Of a stretch of DNA of 64,000 nt, positions 26,395-36,654 are shown piece after piece. The DNA is from a virus. Its lineage: Duplodnaviria > Caudoviricetes. A program made the position numbers and the translations under genes. Position 1 is the stretch's first letter. Every line of letters begins with the position of its first letter. The notes beneath the pieces are model-generated. The model did no database searches. It was not told where the DNA came from and saw only the letters and a program-made list of their open reading frames with translations. The stretch lies in IMG/VR virus record IMGVR_UViG_3300034062_005626; one strand, 5' to 3'.

Positions 26395-26472
26395 ATGTTA
26401 TAAATATATTACAAATTTAGTTTATGGCTTATATGAAAGTTTTAGTAATATTTAATTAGATATTTATACTAT

Positions 26473-27060
26473 ATGAATGCAGGAATATATAAAATAGGAA
26501 ACTTAGTTGATGGTAAAACCTATATAGGTAGTTCTGTTAATGTTCATGCCAGAAAATACAAACATTTTTGGATGTTGCGTAATAATAAACACGACAATAG
26601 TCATTTACAAAATTCATATAACAAGTTTGGTGAAGAAAACTTTACATTCGAAATTTTAGAACTATGTAATTCAATAGAATTAATTCAGTTAGAAAATAAA
26701 TATATTACAATTTTTAAATCAAACGAATCTAATTTTGGTTACAACTTAGCGACAGTTAATGAATTTAGAAGGAACACGTACAACGACGAAGTTAAAAATA
26801 AATTGTCAAAATATAATCAAAAAAAGAATGGTAATTTTGAAAGATTTGTTTTGATTAATATTTATAATAAAAATGAGTTTGTTTTTGACAATTTAGTTGA
26901 TGGAGCAAACTATTTAATTGAAAATGGGTTTGCTAAAGGAAAACATAGAAATGTTAGAATGAAATTGTCAAATTCACTTAGAGGTAAGAAAGTAAATAAT
27001 GGTTATAATGGTTCTATTAGAAAAACTTGTTATAAACATAAATTTAAAATAATAAACTAA
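26473..27060 (+). CDS. GIY-YIG homing endonuclease
   Basis: GIYKIGNLVDGKTYIGSS...E..YI...GYN. Confidence 0.92.
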   Translation: MNAGIYKIGNLVDGKTYIGSSVNVHARKYKHFWMLRNNKHDNSHLQNSYNKFGEENFTFEILELCNSIELIQLENKYITIFKSNESNFGYNLATVNEFRRNTYNDEVKNKLSKYNQKKNGNFERFVLINIYNKNEFVFDNLVDGANYLIENGFAKGKHRNVRMKLSNSLRGKKVNNGYNGSIRKTCYKHKFKIIN

Positions 27061-27075
27061 ATAAAAATAAAGATT

Positions 27076-27219
27076 ATGTCAGGATGCGGATGTAAAAACA
27101 ACCAAACACAAACTCAAACTCAAACACAGACTCAAACTCAAACACAGAGTCAACAAAACACACAGTCTGTTAAGAGTGCAGTTACAAAAATTGTTGAAAA
27201 GTATTACAACAAAAAATAA
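27076..27219 (+). CDS. 47 aa protein with GCGC motif and QT repeats
   Basis: MSGCGCKNNQTQTQTQTQTQTQSQQNTQSVKSAVTKIVEKYYNKK. Confidence 0.55.
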   Translation: MSGCGCKNNQTQTQTQTQTQTQTQSQQNTQSVKSAVTKIVEKYYNKK

Positions 27220-27282
27220 TTACTATTTAACTAAATTTTTTTTTTACATAAGATTGTAAAAATAAAAAGTTAAATATTAATA

Positions 27283-28134
27283 ATGTCACAAATTGAAATT
27301 AATAATCTTTTAGATGGAAAAAGATTATGCAACACACTAGCAAATATTCTTGTAAACAAATTCGAAGAAGTAACTCCTGGATGTAAGACTGAATTAACGG
27401 TTTTTAATCACAGGAGTTTTTTCATTGTTAATGGTTTTACCACAGCCAAACAAACTGTTAATATTCTTGAAAGTTTTAGAAACTATTTAAGTGAATTTAA
27501 AGATAGTAGATATGAAACGGTTAAAGTAATTGACATTATTAATTTTGTTGATGTATTAAAAACAAACCCTATCAATTTGAATTTTAATTTTGATAAATTA
27601 TCAAAGAAAATAGAAAAAAGTCTTTTGGGGTTTGTTGATAATTTTTTTGACAGTGGTGTAAAAATTAATATAAAACTTGACTACAATAATAAAATTATTC
27701 TTTTCAATTCTGATTCCGATAATAATGTTTTAAGTAATGTTTTAAGGTTAAATTATCCAAATTATAAATTAATTGAATTTAATTTTGAAAATTTAGAGTA
27801 TCATTCTGAAAGAAAATATGGTTTATCTAATGGTATTGAGAAATACTATAGTTTTTTAGGTAATTATATTTCTAACCATATTTTTGCAAAATCACTATCA
27901 GACAATTTAAGTTTTTCAATTTATAGTGATGAATTATATAGCAACATTGATTCAGAAAATATCATTTTTAAAATTAATAATGATAATCATGTGGTTAAAA
28001 CTGAATGGATGGAATCAATGATTTTAGATGTATTTCCATTTGATGAAAAATCTTTATCTGATACTTTTGGAAATAAAAATATCGAAGAAAAAATAGAAGA
28101 GTTAGATTTACTAAACGAGATTATTTTATTCTGA
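27283..28134 (+). CDS. degenerate S-adenosylmethionine synthetase (MetK)-fold protein
   Basis: GKRLCNTLANIL...CKTE...VNGFTT resembles the MetK N-terminus; catalytic motifs absent. Confidence 0.45.
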   Translation: MSQIEINNLLDGKRLCNTLANILVNKFEEVTPGCKTELTVFNHRSFFIVNGFTTAKQTVNILESFRNYLSEFKDSRYETVKVIDIINFVDVLKTNPINLNFNFDKLSKKIEKSLLGFVDNFFDSGVKINIKLDYNNKIILFNSDSDNNVLSNVLRLNYPNYKLIEFNFENLEYHSERKYGLSNGIEKYYSFLGNYISNHIFAKSLSDNLSFSIYSDELYSNIDSENIIFKINNDNHVVKTEWMESMILDVFPFDEKSLSDTFGNKNIEEKIEELDLLNEIILF

Positions 28135-28416
28135 TAAATAACTATTCGCTAAATTGAAGGCTTCTGTAATGTCTTGGTAATCATCATCAGGAGCCAACAA
28201 TTTAACGTCACTATAGTTTTCGCCAGATTTATCTAATGTCATGAATATCATTGCAGGAACAAATTCATTTTTTTTTGCACTTACAAATTCTTCATACTCA
28301 TCAGAATATTCAAAAATATCTCTATCGATAAATGCTACTTCATTATTTTGAAATAATTCTTTCAAATCTGTACAATGTGGACACCCTTTCATTGTAAATA
28401 AAACAATAACTTTCAT
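28126..28416 (-). CDS. glutaredoxin
   Basis: GCPHC and VP motifs. Confidence 0.85.
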   Translation of the reverse strand: MKVIVLFTMKGCPHCTDLKELFQNNEVAFIDRDIFEYSDEYEEFVSAKKNEFVPAMIFMTLDKSGENYSDVKLLAPDDDYQDITEAFNLANSYLSE

Positions 28417-28754
28417 ATATTATCTATTGTAAAAAATTTATTTAAACCAACCAAAAGAATATCTATTCTTGATAAATCATCAGTCAGAATGTTTATTTTG
28501 TATGTTGATTCATTTTCAACTTTTTGGAAATAAATTAGTACTTGGTTTTTACTCCATCTAATAACTCCCTCTAAATAATAATGTTTTTGGTCAAATAAGG
28601 AATTGGACCATACCACAGTACCTTTTTCCATTAAAGTTGTTAATCCTTGAGAAGTTATATTTCTAGTTTTTACGGAGTTGGGTCTTATACCACTCTCAAA
28701 TAAAGTATTGAAAGTATCATATACATAAGAAGGTACAAACTCGATTTTATCCAT
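28413..28754 (-). CDS. hypothetical protein
   Basis: 113 aa. Confidence 0.7.
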   Translation of the reverse strand: MDKIEFVPSYVYDTFNTLFESGIRPNSVKTRNITSQGLTTLMEKGTVVWSNSLFDQKHYYLEGVIRWSKNQVLIYFQKVENESTYKINILTDDLSRIDILLVGLNKFFTIDNI

Positions 28755-28776
28755 AGTAAATAAAATAAATATATTA

Positions 28777-30516
28777 TTATGGAAGTAAATCTTCTACAAA
28801 GTCCAAATGTTGATAATCTTGATGGTATAAAATATCATTTTGCCAATTCTGTAGTTCGGGAGTTGGGTAATTCCAATGTGGGGTCATTGCAATTACTTTA
28901 GTCCCATCATGTTCCAAACTTTTAAATGTTGCCTCTTGTTCCACAGTTTTACCGTTACGATACTTTTTAACCATCCTTGGTAATTTTAAAGTTCCGAGTT
29001 TGTAAAGTAAGTTAATATTTGCAAGTTGAATTTTAGCAACTTGTGAAAACTCTAATGATGGTGTTTCATTAAATCTAGTCCTTTCTTGAACATTTAATAT
29101 TTCATCTATTTTATATCTATATTCCACAGTTATTCTATCATCACCATCGGTTGAATCTTTACGAATTGAGAATATTAAACAATCCGGTCTTTCTGAATAC
29201 CCACGAACACAATTTCGTTGGTGTTGTGATTCTTTTTCATAGTCCATAGTCTTTCTTAAAAGAACAGGATAATAAGTTTCACCTTGGTGTTCAATGGGTG
29301 TTTCTAAACTATCAACATCACCATAGAATCTTTCAACTTCACCTTTTCTGTACGATTGTAAAAGACGACTAAACTCCTCATGTTCTAAATTAAAACTACT
29401 AATGTTTGTGAATTTAAATTTAACATCTTCACCAAGATTTATTAAATCTTTTTTCATCACTAAATGGTCAATTAAAGTTCTCCATTTATAATGGTCAAAA
29501 TATGGCATCAAATCTAAAATTCTATCTTTTTCTTTTGGAGTTAAAGGAACTAATGTTCTACCCAAGAAATATTGATTAAATTGTTCTTTATCTGAATAAA
29601 AACATTCATAAGACCCGCCCATTCGATTCATTTCTATTGGCATTGTCTCATCACCATAGTATGATTCAAATACTTTGTTTTCAATTTTGTTAAACCTATC
29701 AATTCCCAAAAGATTATATGTTAGATACAATCTATCAAAATCAATCCATTCCATTTCATTAAAAATGTGTTTAACTTTTGACCCTTTTAAATTTAGTTTT
29801 TTCATTATTGAATCAACCAAATTCATATTTGATGATTTTAAATCTTTCTTTGGAATAAAAAAATAAGTGAATTTTTTCCAACTGTTTGGAATTTTAATAC
29901 CGTTAACCAAATAGTATGTAAGACTATAAAATGACTCCGGTGAATCCCACTTAAAATCCTGTGGATTTTCAATTCCTAATTTATCCCATATTTTTTCTAA
30001 AAAGAAAATAAAATGATTTTCAGGTTTTACGCTTTCATCAACATGAACACTTCTTAAAAAACTTTGAACCGCAACATAAGTTGGATTAACTTTCATGCGA
30101 GCTCCCATTTTTTGTTTTTTCTTTGTGATAAATGTTCCTGAGTAGAACAATTTAGTTTTGAAATTAAATGAAAAATATTCTGTTGTTTTTCTTTCAACAA
30201 AAAACTTACCTCCGACTCTTCTTTGCTTTGTATATAATTGATACTTTAAGGAAATTTTATTTTCACTTTCTTCAATAAAAAATCTATATCTTATTCTAAA
30301 TACTGACGCGCAAGGGTTGCCATAATGTTTAACAAAATCATCCTCAGAAAATAGTTGGGTGTCTGTGTAAAACTTTTCTTTGTTTTTTGTAAAATGAACT
30401 GACTCATAACTGTTATTATGTTTTGAGTCAATATCACAGAAGTTTTTATAAAGTTCAACTCTGTAATTCTTTTTTTCAATAAACTTATGAAATGTTTTTC
30501 CTTCTACTTCTAACAT
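28777..30516 (-). CDS. PcfJ-like domain protein
   Basis: ESQHQRNCVRGY...IFSIR...TVEY...VQ.R.RFN. Confidence 0.75.
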   Translation of the reverse strand: MLEVEGKTFHKFIEKKNYRVELYKNFCDIDSKHNNSYESVHFTKNKEKFYTDTQLFSEDDFVKHYGNPCASVFRIRYRFFIEESENKISLKYQLYTKQRRVGGKFFVERKTTEYFSFNFKTKLFYSGTFITKKKQKMGARMKVNPTYVAVQSFLRSVHVDESVKPENHFIFFLEKIWDKLGIENPQDFKWDSPESFYSLTYYLVNGIKIPNSWKKFTYFFIPKKDLKSSNMNLVDSIMKKLNLKGSKVKHIFNEMEWIDFDRLYLTYNLLGIDRFNKIENKVFESYYGDETMPIEMNRMGGSYECFYSDKEQFNQYFLGRTLVPLTPKEKDRILDLMPYFDHYKWRTLIDHLVMKKDLINLGEDVKFKFTNISSFNLEHEEFSRLLQSYRKGEVERFYGDVDSLETPIEHQGETYYPVLLRKTMDYEKESQHQRNCVRGYSERPDCLIFSIRKDSTDGDDRITVEYRYKIDEILNVQERTRFNETPSLEFSQVAKIQLANINLLYKLGTLKLPRMVKKYRNGKTVEQEATFKSLEHDGTKVIAMTPHWNYPTPELQNWQNDILYHQDYQHLDFVEDLLP

Positions 30517-30551
30517 AGTACAAAGATAAATAAATTTTGGAAATTAAAAAA

Positions 30552-30839
30552 CTAATTCAATGAAATTTTTCCCATATGGTGGTCCATAAAATTGGAAACC
30601 ACATTATTTAAGGTGTTTTTTTTAACCTTATTTTGAATTTCTAAAATCACCTGAATCATCTGATTTCTTGTTGGTGCTATTTCTTTTTCTTCTTTTTGGT
30701 TTTTTTCGGCAATTTCTCTAATTTTTTGATAAAACTTTGAGCCGTCATTGTCACCAATTAATAGCTTGAGTTGGTCAGGGTTTTGTGTAAAAAACTTGAC
30801 AAGGGTTGTCATGTAAATTTCTATATCGACATTATTCAT
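30552..30839 (-). CDS. hypothetical protein
   Basis: 95 aa. Confidence 0.7.
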   Translation of the reverse strand: MNNVDIEIYMTTLVKFFTQNPDQLKLLIGDNDGSKFYQKIREIAEKNQKEEKEIAPTRNQMIQVILEIQNKVKKNTLNNVVSNFMDHHMGKISLN

Positions 30840-30878
30840 ATGACAAATTTAATAAAAATAATTTATTCAGTAAAATTA

Positions 30879-32243
30879 TTAAACAAAAATATGTAAGTCA
30901 GATTCTTCAGGTAAATCTCGTAAATCTTCAGGTAATGCGTTTGAATTACTATTTTTTAAATTAATAATAGACAACTTAGGAAGGTCTTTAATACAGTCTG
31001 GTAATCTCTGTAAATTAGGATTGTCAGGTAGTGATAAAAACTGTAACTTAGTCAAATTACATACTGCCGGTGGTATTGTAGCGACACAACCAACAAAGTG
31101 AATTGCTGTTAAATCTGTAAAATTACCAATAGTATCAGGTATATTTAAATCCAATTTTGAACTTTTAGCAATAAACTCAAGTCTTGTTATGTTTTTAGGT
31201 AATGTTGTGAAAAATTCATCAAACCCATAAAGTGCAATAAATTTAGATGCTGAATCACTTGGATATTGTACAGAAACTTTTGTTCCTCCTGCAGTAGATA
31301 AACCTTTCATAAACTCAAATTTAAAGTATTCTTTCAAACCTTCTTCATTAGTATTCAAAAAGTCAACCAAATCAATTTGTCTATCTGCTGGGTCCATAAA
31401 CTGATTAGATGGGAAGTGGAATTGGTACCTATATGCTGGAAGTCCAGAAACTTCACCATATTCTTTATCGGCAGTATACTTCATTCCTGAATTTGGTATA
31501 ACCACATATAAAGGTCCATCCTTGATGTATCTATCAAACCAAGTAAGACCTGGTGATGATGTACACCATCTTGTTTCGCCTTTACCAGGTTCTTGATATG
31601 AACCTCCGTAGAAACATGCCGCATCTTTACCTAATTTACCGGTGTCTGAAATTCTTGCAACTGTCCAATTTTGACCTCTATACACAATGTCAGCTCCAGG
31701 GTGTGCGTAAGTTTTAGATGCCTCTTTCTTTTCAGTTGCACTTGCTTTAGTTTTTTCTAAACTAAAATCTTTAACATAATCATATAATGTCTCAGGTGTT
31801 AATTTATTAATATCTCTAGCATCTTGAGGTAGTCTATTTTTAAATCTTTCAAACTTTTGTAAGTCGCCAGTTACTTTATACAAGTCTTCTAAGAATAAAT
31901 CTTGATACTGTTTAAGTGCTGATTTATATTGTCCTGATTGTGGGTCAGAAACCATTAGTGGGTGGTCTGATGGTAATTTAGGTGTCACAAAGTTTTTCAA
32001 CAACCACTGAGCGTACTTACCAATTTTTACCTTTTCCATATCTTCAGGTTTTACTGAATCAATATCCATACCTTCAGGAACTCTTGTTGTTGGGTCGGCA
32101 GCAATTAATGCAAATAAAGTTTCAAAAGGCATAATACCTTTTTGCCCTCTTTCTTTTGGTTTAACAAATTTGTCAAATAAAACTTGAAATCTTGAACTTT
32201 CAACTATTATGTCTCGTAATATATTAGTAAATCTAATTGCCAT
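30879..32243 (-). CDS. leader-family protein with C-terminal leucine-rich repeats
   Basis: IPDTIGNFTDLT, IPPAVCNLTKLQFLSL, LPDCIKDLPKLSIINL; central WCT...GPLYV...YQFHF domain. Confidence 0.8.
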   Translation of the reverse strand: MAIRFTNILRDIIVESSRFQVLFDKFVKPKERGQKGIMPFETLFALIAADPTTRVPEGMDIDSVKPEDMEKVKIGKYAQWLLKNFVTPKLPSDHPLMVSDPQSGQYKSALKQYQDLFLEDLYKVTGDLQKFERFKNRLPQDARDINKLTPETLYDYVKDFSLEKTKASATEKKEASKTYAHPGADIVYRGQNWTVARISDTGKLGKDAACFYGGSYQEPGKGETRWCTSSPGLTWFDRYIKDGPLYVVIPNSGMKYTADKEYGEVSGLPAYRYQFHFPSNQFMDPADRQIDLVDFLNTNEEGLKEYFKFEFMKGLSTAGGTKVSVQYPSDSASKFIALYGFDEFFTTLPKNITRLEFIAKSSKLDLNIPDTIGNFTDLTAIHFVGCVATIPPAVCNLTKLQFLSLPDNPNLQRLPDCIKDLPKLSIINLKNSNSNALPEDLRDLPEESDLHIFV

Positions 32244-32291
32244 CTTTTTAATTTTATATATAAATATTGCAAATTTTGAAAAAAATAAAAC

Positions 32292-33131
32292 TTAGTAGTT
32301 CATAATGAGTAATTCTTCACCCATATTTTGTTTCTCTCCTTTCTTGGCTGCAGCTGCTTTTGCAAACTCTTTTTTAACCCAAGTGTATTGGTCTTCAGGA
32401 AACCACTGATGCAATAAGTCAAAATCGTAATATGATAATGAAAACTTACCTTGGACATTATGTAAACCATTTGCCAATCTTTCGTGGTCTTGTCTATCAA
32501 AATCATGATTAGAGTAGTAATTCTCAGTTTTCCAGTAAGGTGGGTCCAAATAAATGTAAGTGGATGGTGAGTCATATTTGTTAATGACATCGGCAAAATC
32601 CATATTTTCAACATCAGTAATTTTTAAAAAATGGTCTACCCAATCAGGTTTTGACAACTTATCTCTAAAGGTAAGATATTTTGATTTATATTTACCTTTT
32701 AAGTCAATAAAGTTGGATGTTTCAGGTTTGGACCCACTAAATACTTGTGTTAGAATATAAACGTATTTAGCCGCCACCTCATAATCGCCAGGTTCTACGC
32801 TGAAACCTTGATTAAAAACTTCAGCCTGAAAGTTGATAAATTGTTGTTTATAAATTTCAGGAGTAATGTCCACACCTTGTTTTTGACAATCAATAGAGTT
32901 GATTGCCCTTAACAATTCAGTAGGGTTTTGAACACACTTGAATAGATTATAGTTCAGTGGATTAAAATCATTATAAACCACTTTTTTAAGATTTGGGAAC
33001 TGTTTTAGGTCCATATTATAGAAACACCAAAACATCCCTCCAAAAGTCTCTAAATAGACTTCCATATCTTTATCATAGAAAGGGACTATCCACTTTCCAA
33101 TTTTACTCTTACCTCCAATATAACTTAACAT
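32292..33131 (-). CDS. DNA adenine methyltransferase (Dam/D12 class)
   Basis: YIGGKS, ETFGG, YNDFN, YLDPPY, ELLIMNY. Confidence 0.92.
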   Translation of the reverse strand: MLSYIGGKSKIGKWIVPFYDKDMEVYLETFGGMFWCFYNMDLKQFPNLKKVVYNDFNPLNYNLFKCVQNPTELLRAINSIDCQKQGVDITPEIYKQQFINFQAEVFNQGFSVEPGDYEVAAKYVYILTQVFSGSKPETSNFIDLKGKYKSKYLTFRDKLSKPDWVDHFLKITDVENMDFADVINKYDSPSTYIYLDPPYWKTENYYSNHDFDRQDHERLANGLHNVQGKFSLSYYDFDLLHQWFPEDQYTWVKKEFAKAAAAKKGEKQNMGEELLIMNY

Positions 33132-33190
33132 ATTTCAAATATAGTTTTTTTGATATTTATTTTCAAATGATTAATACATAAATTATAGGT

Positions 33191-33346
33191 ATGAAAAAAG
33201 AAAAAGCAACAGAAGTAGAGTGTAGTATTTGTAAAAAAGGTATGTCCAACTCTCAAATTTGGATTACTATTTTGGCGGTTTACATGTTAATCGCAGCTGT
33301 CTACGGAACAATAGAAATCGTTAAAAATATAATGTCTTTATTTTAA
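33191..33346 (+). CDS. 51 aa membrane protein with CxxC
   Basis: [51 protein letters not shown]. Confidence 0.6.
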   Translation: MKKEKATEVECSICKKGMSNSQIWITILAVYMLIAAVYGTIEIVKNIMSLF

Positions 33347-34300
33347 TATATTATTAATTTGTTCTCTTTGTTCGTTAGTTAAAGTCAGATTATTCTGTAT
33401 GCTTATTTTTATGTAAAAATTACCAACAGTACCATCAACTTTATATCCTTTTTTGAAAAGTCTTAATGGTTTTTCAGTATCAAATCCTTCAGGTAGATTT
33501 ATTTTTATATTACCATCAGGATGAGGTATTTCAACTTGGTCGTTTATTAATAAGTCTTTGAAATTTAATTTTAGATAATAAATCAGGTCATTTCCTGATT
33601 TTTCAAAATTGTTGTGTTTTATACACAAAACTTTTAAAATTAAATCACCTCTACCATATTTAGGTATTTCATCCCCCATACCTCTCATCCTCATAAAGTC
33701 ACCATTATCTACGTTGTTTGGTATTTGTACGTTAAACTTGCTGTGGTTAGAAATAACCCCATTACCATAACAAAATCCACAAGCATCAATTAAATGTTCA
33801 CCAGTACCTTTACATTCAAAACAATTTGATTGTATTTGTGTTTTAAAAAATCCTGTACCAACTGTTTGTACAATAAACCCTCTACCTGCACATCTTGTGC
33901 ATGTTTTTTTAGTTCCACCTGTTCCTGAGCAACTTTCACAAGATTTATTTGTGTCAACTTCGATTGTTTTTTCTACACCTTTATAAGATTCTTCAGGTGT
34001 GATTACTATTTCAATAATTTTGTCAGCTGGTTTAGGTTGTCTTTGTGAATGCCCCATCATTTCCTCAAAAATTGACCCAAACCCACCATTACCAAATGGG
34101 TTTCTACGTTTCATGTCGTAATCACTTCTTTTATTGTCGTCCCCTAAAATATCATAGGCTTCAGAAATTTCTTTAAATTTTTCTTCACCGTTTGGGTTTA
34201 CATCTGGATGGTATTGCTTACTTAGTTTTTTATATGTTTTTTTTATATCCTCTTGTGTTGCATTTTCGCTTACACCTAATATTTCGTAATAGTTTTTCAT
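33338..34300 (-). CDS. dnaJ: DnaJ chaperone
   Basis: J domain with HPD, four CxxCxGxG repeats, C-terminal GxGDL domain. Confidence 0.95.
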   Translation of the reverse strand: MKNYYEILGVSENATQEDIKKTYKKLSKQYHPDVNPNGEEKFKEISEAYDILGDDNKRSDYDMKRRNPFGNGGFGSIFEEMMGHSQRQPKPADKIIEIVITPEESYKGVEKTIEVDTNKSCESCSGTGGTKKTCTRCAGRGFIVQTVGTGFFKTQIQSNCFECKGTGEHLIDACGFCYGNGVISNHSKFNVQIPNNVDNGDFMRMRGMGDEIPKYGRGDLILKVLCIKHNNFEKSGNDLIYYLKLNFKDLLINDQVEIPHPDGNIKINLPEGFDTEKPLRLFKKGYKVDGTVGNFYIKISIQNNLTLTNEQREQINNILK

Positions 34301-34301
34301 A

Positions 34302-34943
34302 ATGTCAAATTATATAATAGTTCTTTTTAAGAATAGGAAAAAAAGAAAAATTATCAAACGTTATTCTACAGAAAAAAACGCCATATCTTTTTTTAAAAAA
34401 CTTGTAAAACAAAATAAAGAAATAGTTTTTGATAAGAAAATAGAAAATGCAACACCAGTTAATTACCACATTGGTTTACTAACAAATCAATCCAATGTTC
34501 AAAATACTTTACATTTTGTTGATGATTTAGGTAGAAATCATGTTGCAAACTTACAAGATAAAGAATACGTTTTTATTGATATTGAAAAGTACAATGTGGA
34601 AGAAAAGATATATGATTATCAACTTAAAGACAAAATCAGTTTTTCAGAGTTTTTAAAGAAGTACTGTAGTAATAATGAGTTGAAAAACATCTTTTCATTA
34701 AACAACAAAATATGTATACAGATAAATGAAACTATAAGTCTATTTTCATTGAAAGACATTGATGAGTCTTTTAGGTTTTTAAATATTTTAGAAAAACACT
34801 TTTATGAAAATTCAAGGATGGATGCTATTATTGTTAGGGATGTATCAAACGCACAAAGAAAATGGATTTACAGCGTTTTAGAAGAGATGGGTTTTGATAA
34901 GAAAAATTTATACAGACAAAAAACTACTTTCTCAAAAAGGTAA
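34302..34943 (-). CDS. hypothetical protein
   Basis: 213 aa. Confidence 0.7.
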
Positions 34944-35145
34944 ATTCAACGTTTGAAATTTGTATCGTGCATTTTTTTTCATTTTGATTCAACATCAGAT
35001 GTTGTAATAGATTAGAAAAGGTGCCTTCATCCAAAGACACCTTTAATTCAACTTTTTCATTTTTGATAAATGAACTTTCAAGTAAATCTGAAATTTGAGC
35101 CAGTTTTTCTAAATCACCCCTAAAACTCTCTTGATTCTCTGCCAT
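34924..35145 (-). CDS. hypothetical protein
   Basis: 73 aa. Confidence 0.65.
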   Translation of the reverse strand: MAENQESFRGDLEKLAQISDLLESSFIKNEKVELKVSLDEGTFSNLLQHLMLNQNEKKCTIQISNVEFTFLRK

Positions 35146-35321
35146 AAATTCATTTTTTCTTCTTCAAATATTGTATTTCTTATATCTGAAGGTTTAAACA
35201 TTTTTATTTCAGAAGAAAACTTTTTTTTCTCTTCTTCGTTAATCTTGTTTGATTTTTTTACTTCCTCCTTCAAGGACTCCATTTCCCTCAGAAGTGGGTG
35301 TAAGTTTTTGTTTGGCTCCAT
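35109..35321 (-). CDS. hypothetical protein
   Basis: 70 aa; overlaps upstream ORF, start may be internal. Confidence 0.55.
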   Translation of the reverse strand: MEPNKNLHPLLREMESLKEEVKKSNKINEEEKKKFSSEIKMFKPSDIRNTIFEEEKMNLWQRIKRVLGVI

Positions 35322-35703
35322 TAGTATTTAAACTTGTTAATTCATTTGTGTCAAACTTTAATGTTCTTAAAGTATCTATATCCCCATTTTCAAATATACC
35401 TTTCAATTCTGAAACTTTCAACTTAAATAGTCTTTCTTTTTCTTCTCTTTCTAAATTAGTTGATATTACAGCATCGATTGTTTTTTCAACAATATCGATT
35501 AACGATGGATTGTTTTCACAAACAAAAGATGTGATAGTTCTATTATCATTATTTTGATTTTGTAATATTTCAATTCCTTCAGGAGCTCTTTTAAGAGTCG
35601 ACCATGTCGATGGGAAAATCATATCAAAAGTTACATAATTTTTTAAAATTCTAACAGAGTTAAGATAAGTTGACGTTTTGTTAATAAATTCACTATAAAC
35701 CAT
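35239..35703 (-). CDS. hypothetical protein
   Basis: 154 aa. Confidence 0.7.
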   Translation of the reverse strand: MVYSEFINKTSTYLNSVRILKNYVTFDMIFPSTWSTLKRAPEGIEILQNQNNDNRTITSFVCENNPSLIDIVEKTIDAVISTNLEREEKERLFKLKVSELKGIFENGDIDTLRTLKFDTNELTSLNTNGAKQKLTPTSEGNGVLEGGSKKIKQD

Positions 35704-35885
35704 TATACCATAATTAAATAAGTTAATACATATGATATTGCAATACCATAATATAGTTGTTCATATTTTTCAAATTCATAAGGTGCTGGTGGATTTGAAT
35801 ATACTGACCTTACGAAACTAAATATAAACTTTGTTAGTAATAATATAGAGAAAATAAAACAAAAAAGTAATAGATAATTAATCAT
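35703..35885 (-). CDS. 2-TM membrane protein
   Basis: Hydrophobic 60 aa. Confidence 0.6.
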   Translation of the reverse strand: MINYLLLFCFIFSILLLTKFIFSFVRSVYSNPPAPYEFEKYEQLYYGIAISYVLTYLIMV

Positions 35886-36060
35886 TTTTTTCTTCTTTAC
35901 TGTGGTTCAAAATTTCAGTTCTTAACTGTTGTGTTAAACTTTTTAATTGTTGGCAAGTTTTTCTAGCTCTAGTACCTGCAGACTTATTACCTCCATAAAA
36001 TTTGGTTGTATCAACTGAAAGTTCTTCAATTAATGTTTTGATTTGTTCTAAAGTTTCCAT
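35878..36060 (-). CDS. histone H1-like Hc1 family nucleoid protein
   Basis: D..KF..GNKSAGTRARK...LK...QQLR motif. Confidence 0.8.
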   Translation of the reverse strand: METLEQIKTLIEELSVDTTKFYGGNKSAGTRARKTCQQLKSLTQQLRTEILNHSKEEKND

Positions 36061-36119
36061 TTAAAAATTTTTATACATTTATTTTTTTTAATTTAAATAC
36101 GTGGTTTGTAATGTAAAGA

Positions 36120-36614
36120 CTAATCAATCAGTTTTACAGACCTTTCTAACATCTTATAAATTTCGGTAAAAATTTCTACGTCTGATTTACTTTTTGGTGT
36201 TTCTAAATCAAACATATGATTAAAAAATTTATCTACCGTTTCTTTTATTTTTTTATCGTTTTGGTTATAAAACGTATCAAAAAAGAAATTCTCAAAGAAT
36301 AAAATATCATTTTGATTAATATCAAATTCTATATTTTCTTTTTTAAAATTCTCGATTGTTTTATTTAGACACCAAACAAAATGTTCTTTTTTTTGTTGTT
36401 CCGTCATTCCAGTTTTGGTTTCTAACGAATCAATGTCTTCCTCACCTAAATATGTCATTTTTATTAAACCATAAAAGGAAAAACAAAAGTCTCTAAATAG
36501 TTCTGTGTATTCTGGTATAATATTGTTTGCTAAATACCAAGCAACAATATCTTCTTTTTCCATAGGTTTTGCCAACCAATCAAAAAAATTCCCCATGTTA
36601 TTACTAATAGACAT
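36120..36614 (-). CDS. hypothetical protein
   Basis: 164 aa. Confidence 0.7.
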   Translation of the reverse strand: MSISNNMGNFFDWLAKPMEKEDIVAWYLANNIIPEYTELFRDFCFSFYGLIKMTYLGEEDIDSLETKTGMTEQQKKEHFVWCLNKTIENFKKENIEFDINQNDILFFENFFFDTFYNQNDKKIKETVDKFFNHMFDLETPKSKSDVEIFTEIYKMLERSVKLID

Positions 36615-36654
36615 GGGGAAAATATAGTATAATTTTATTAGAAATGAATTTTAA

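Noticed and set aside
26473-27060. GIY-YIG as an intron-encoded ORF
   Set aside because: Flanking ORFs are complete and not split, and no group I core is visible; treated as free-standing
27100-27150. CAAAC(T/A) hexamer run as a regulatory repeat
   Set aside because: Explained by the QT coding repeat in a small ORF
32300-32614. Overlapping same-strand alternative-frame ORF inside the Dam gene
   Set aside because: Frame-shadow with no motif support
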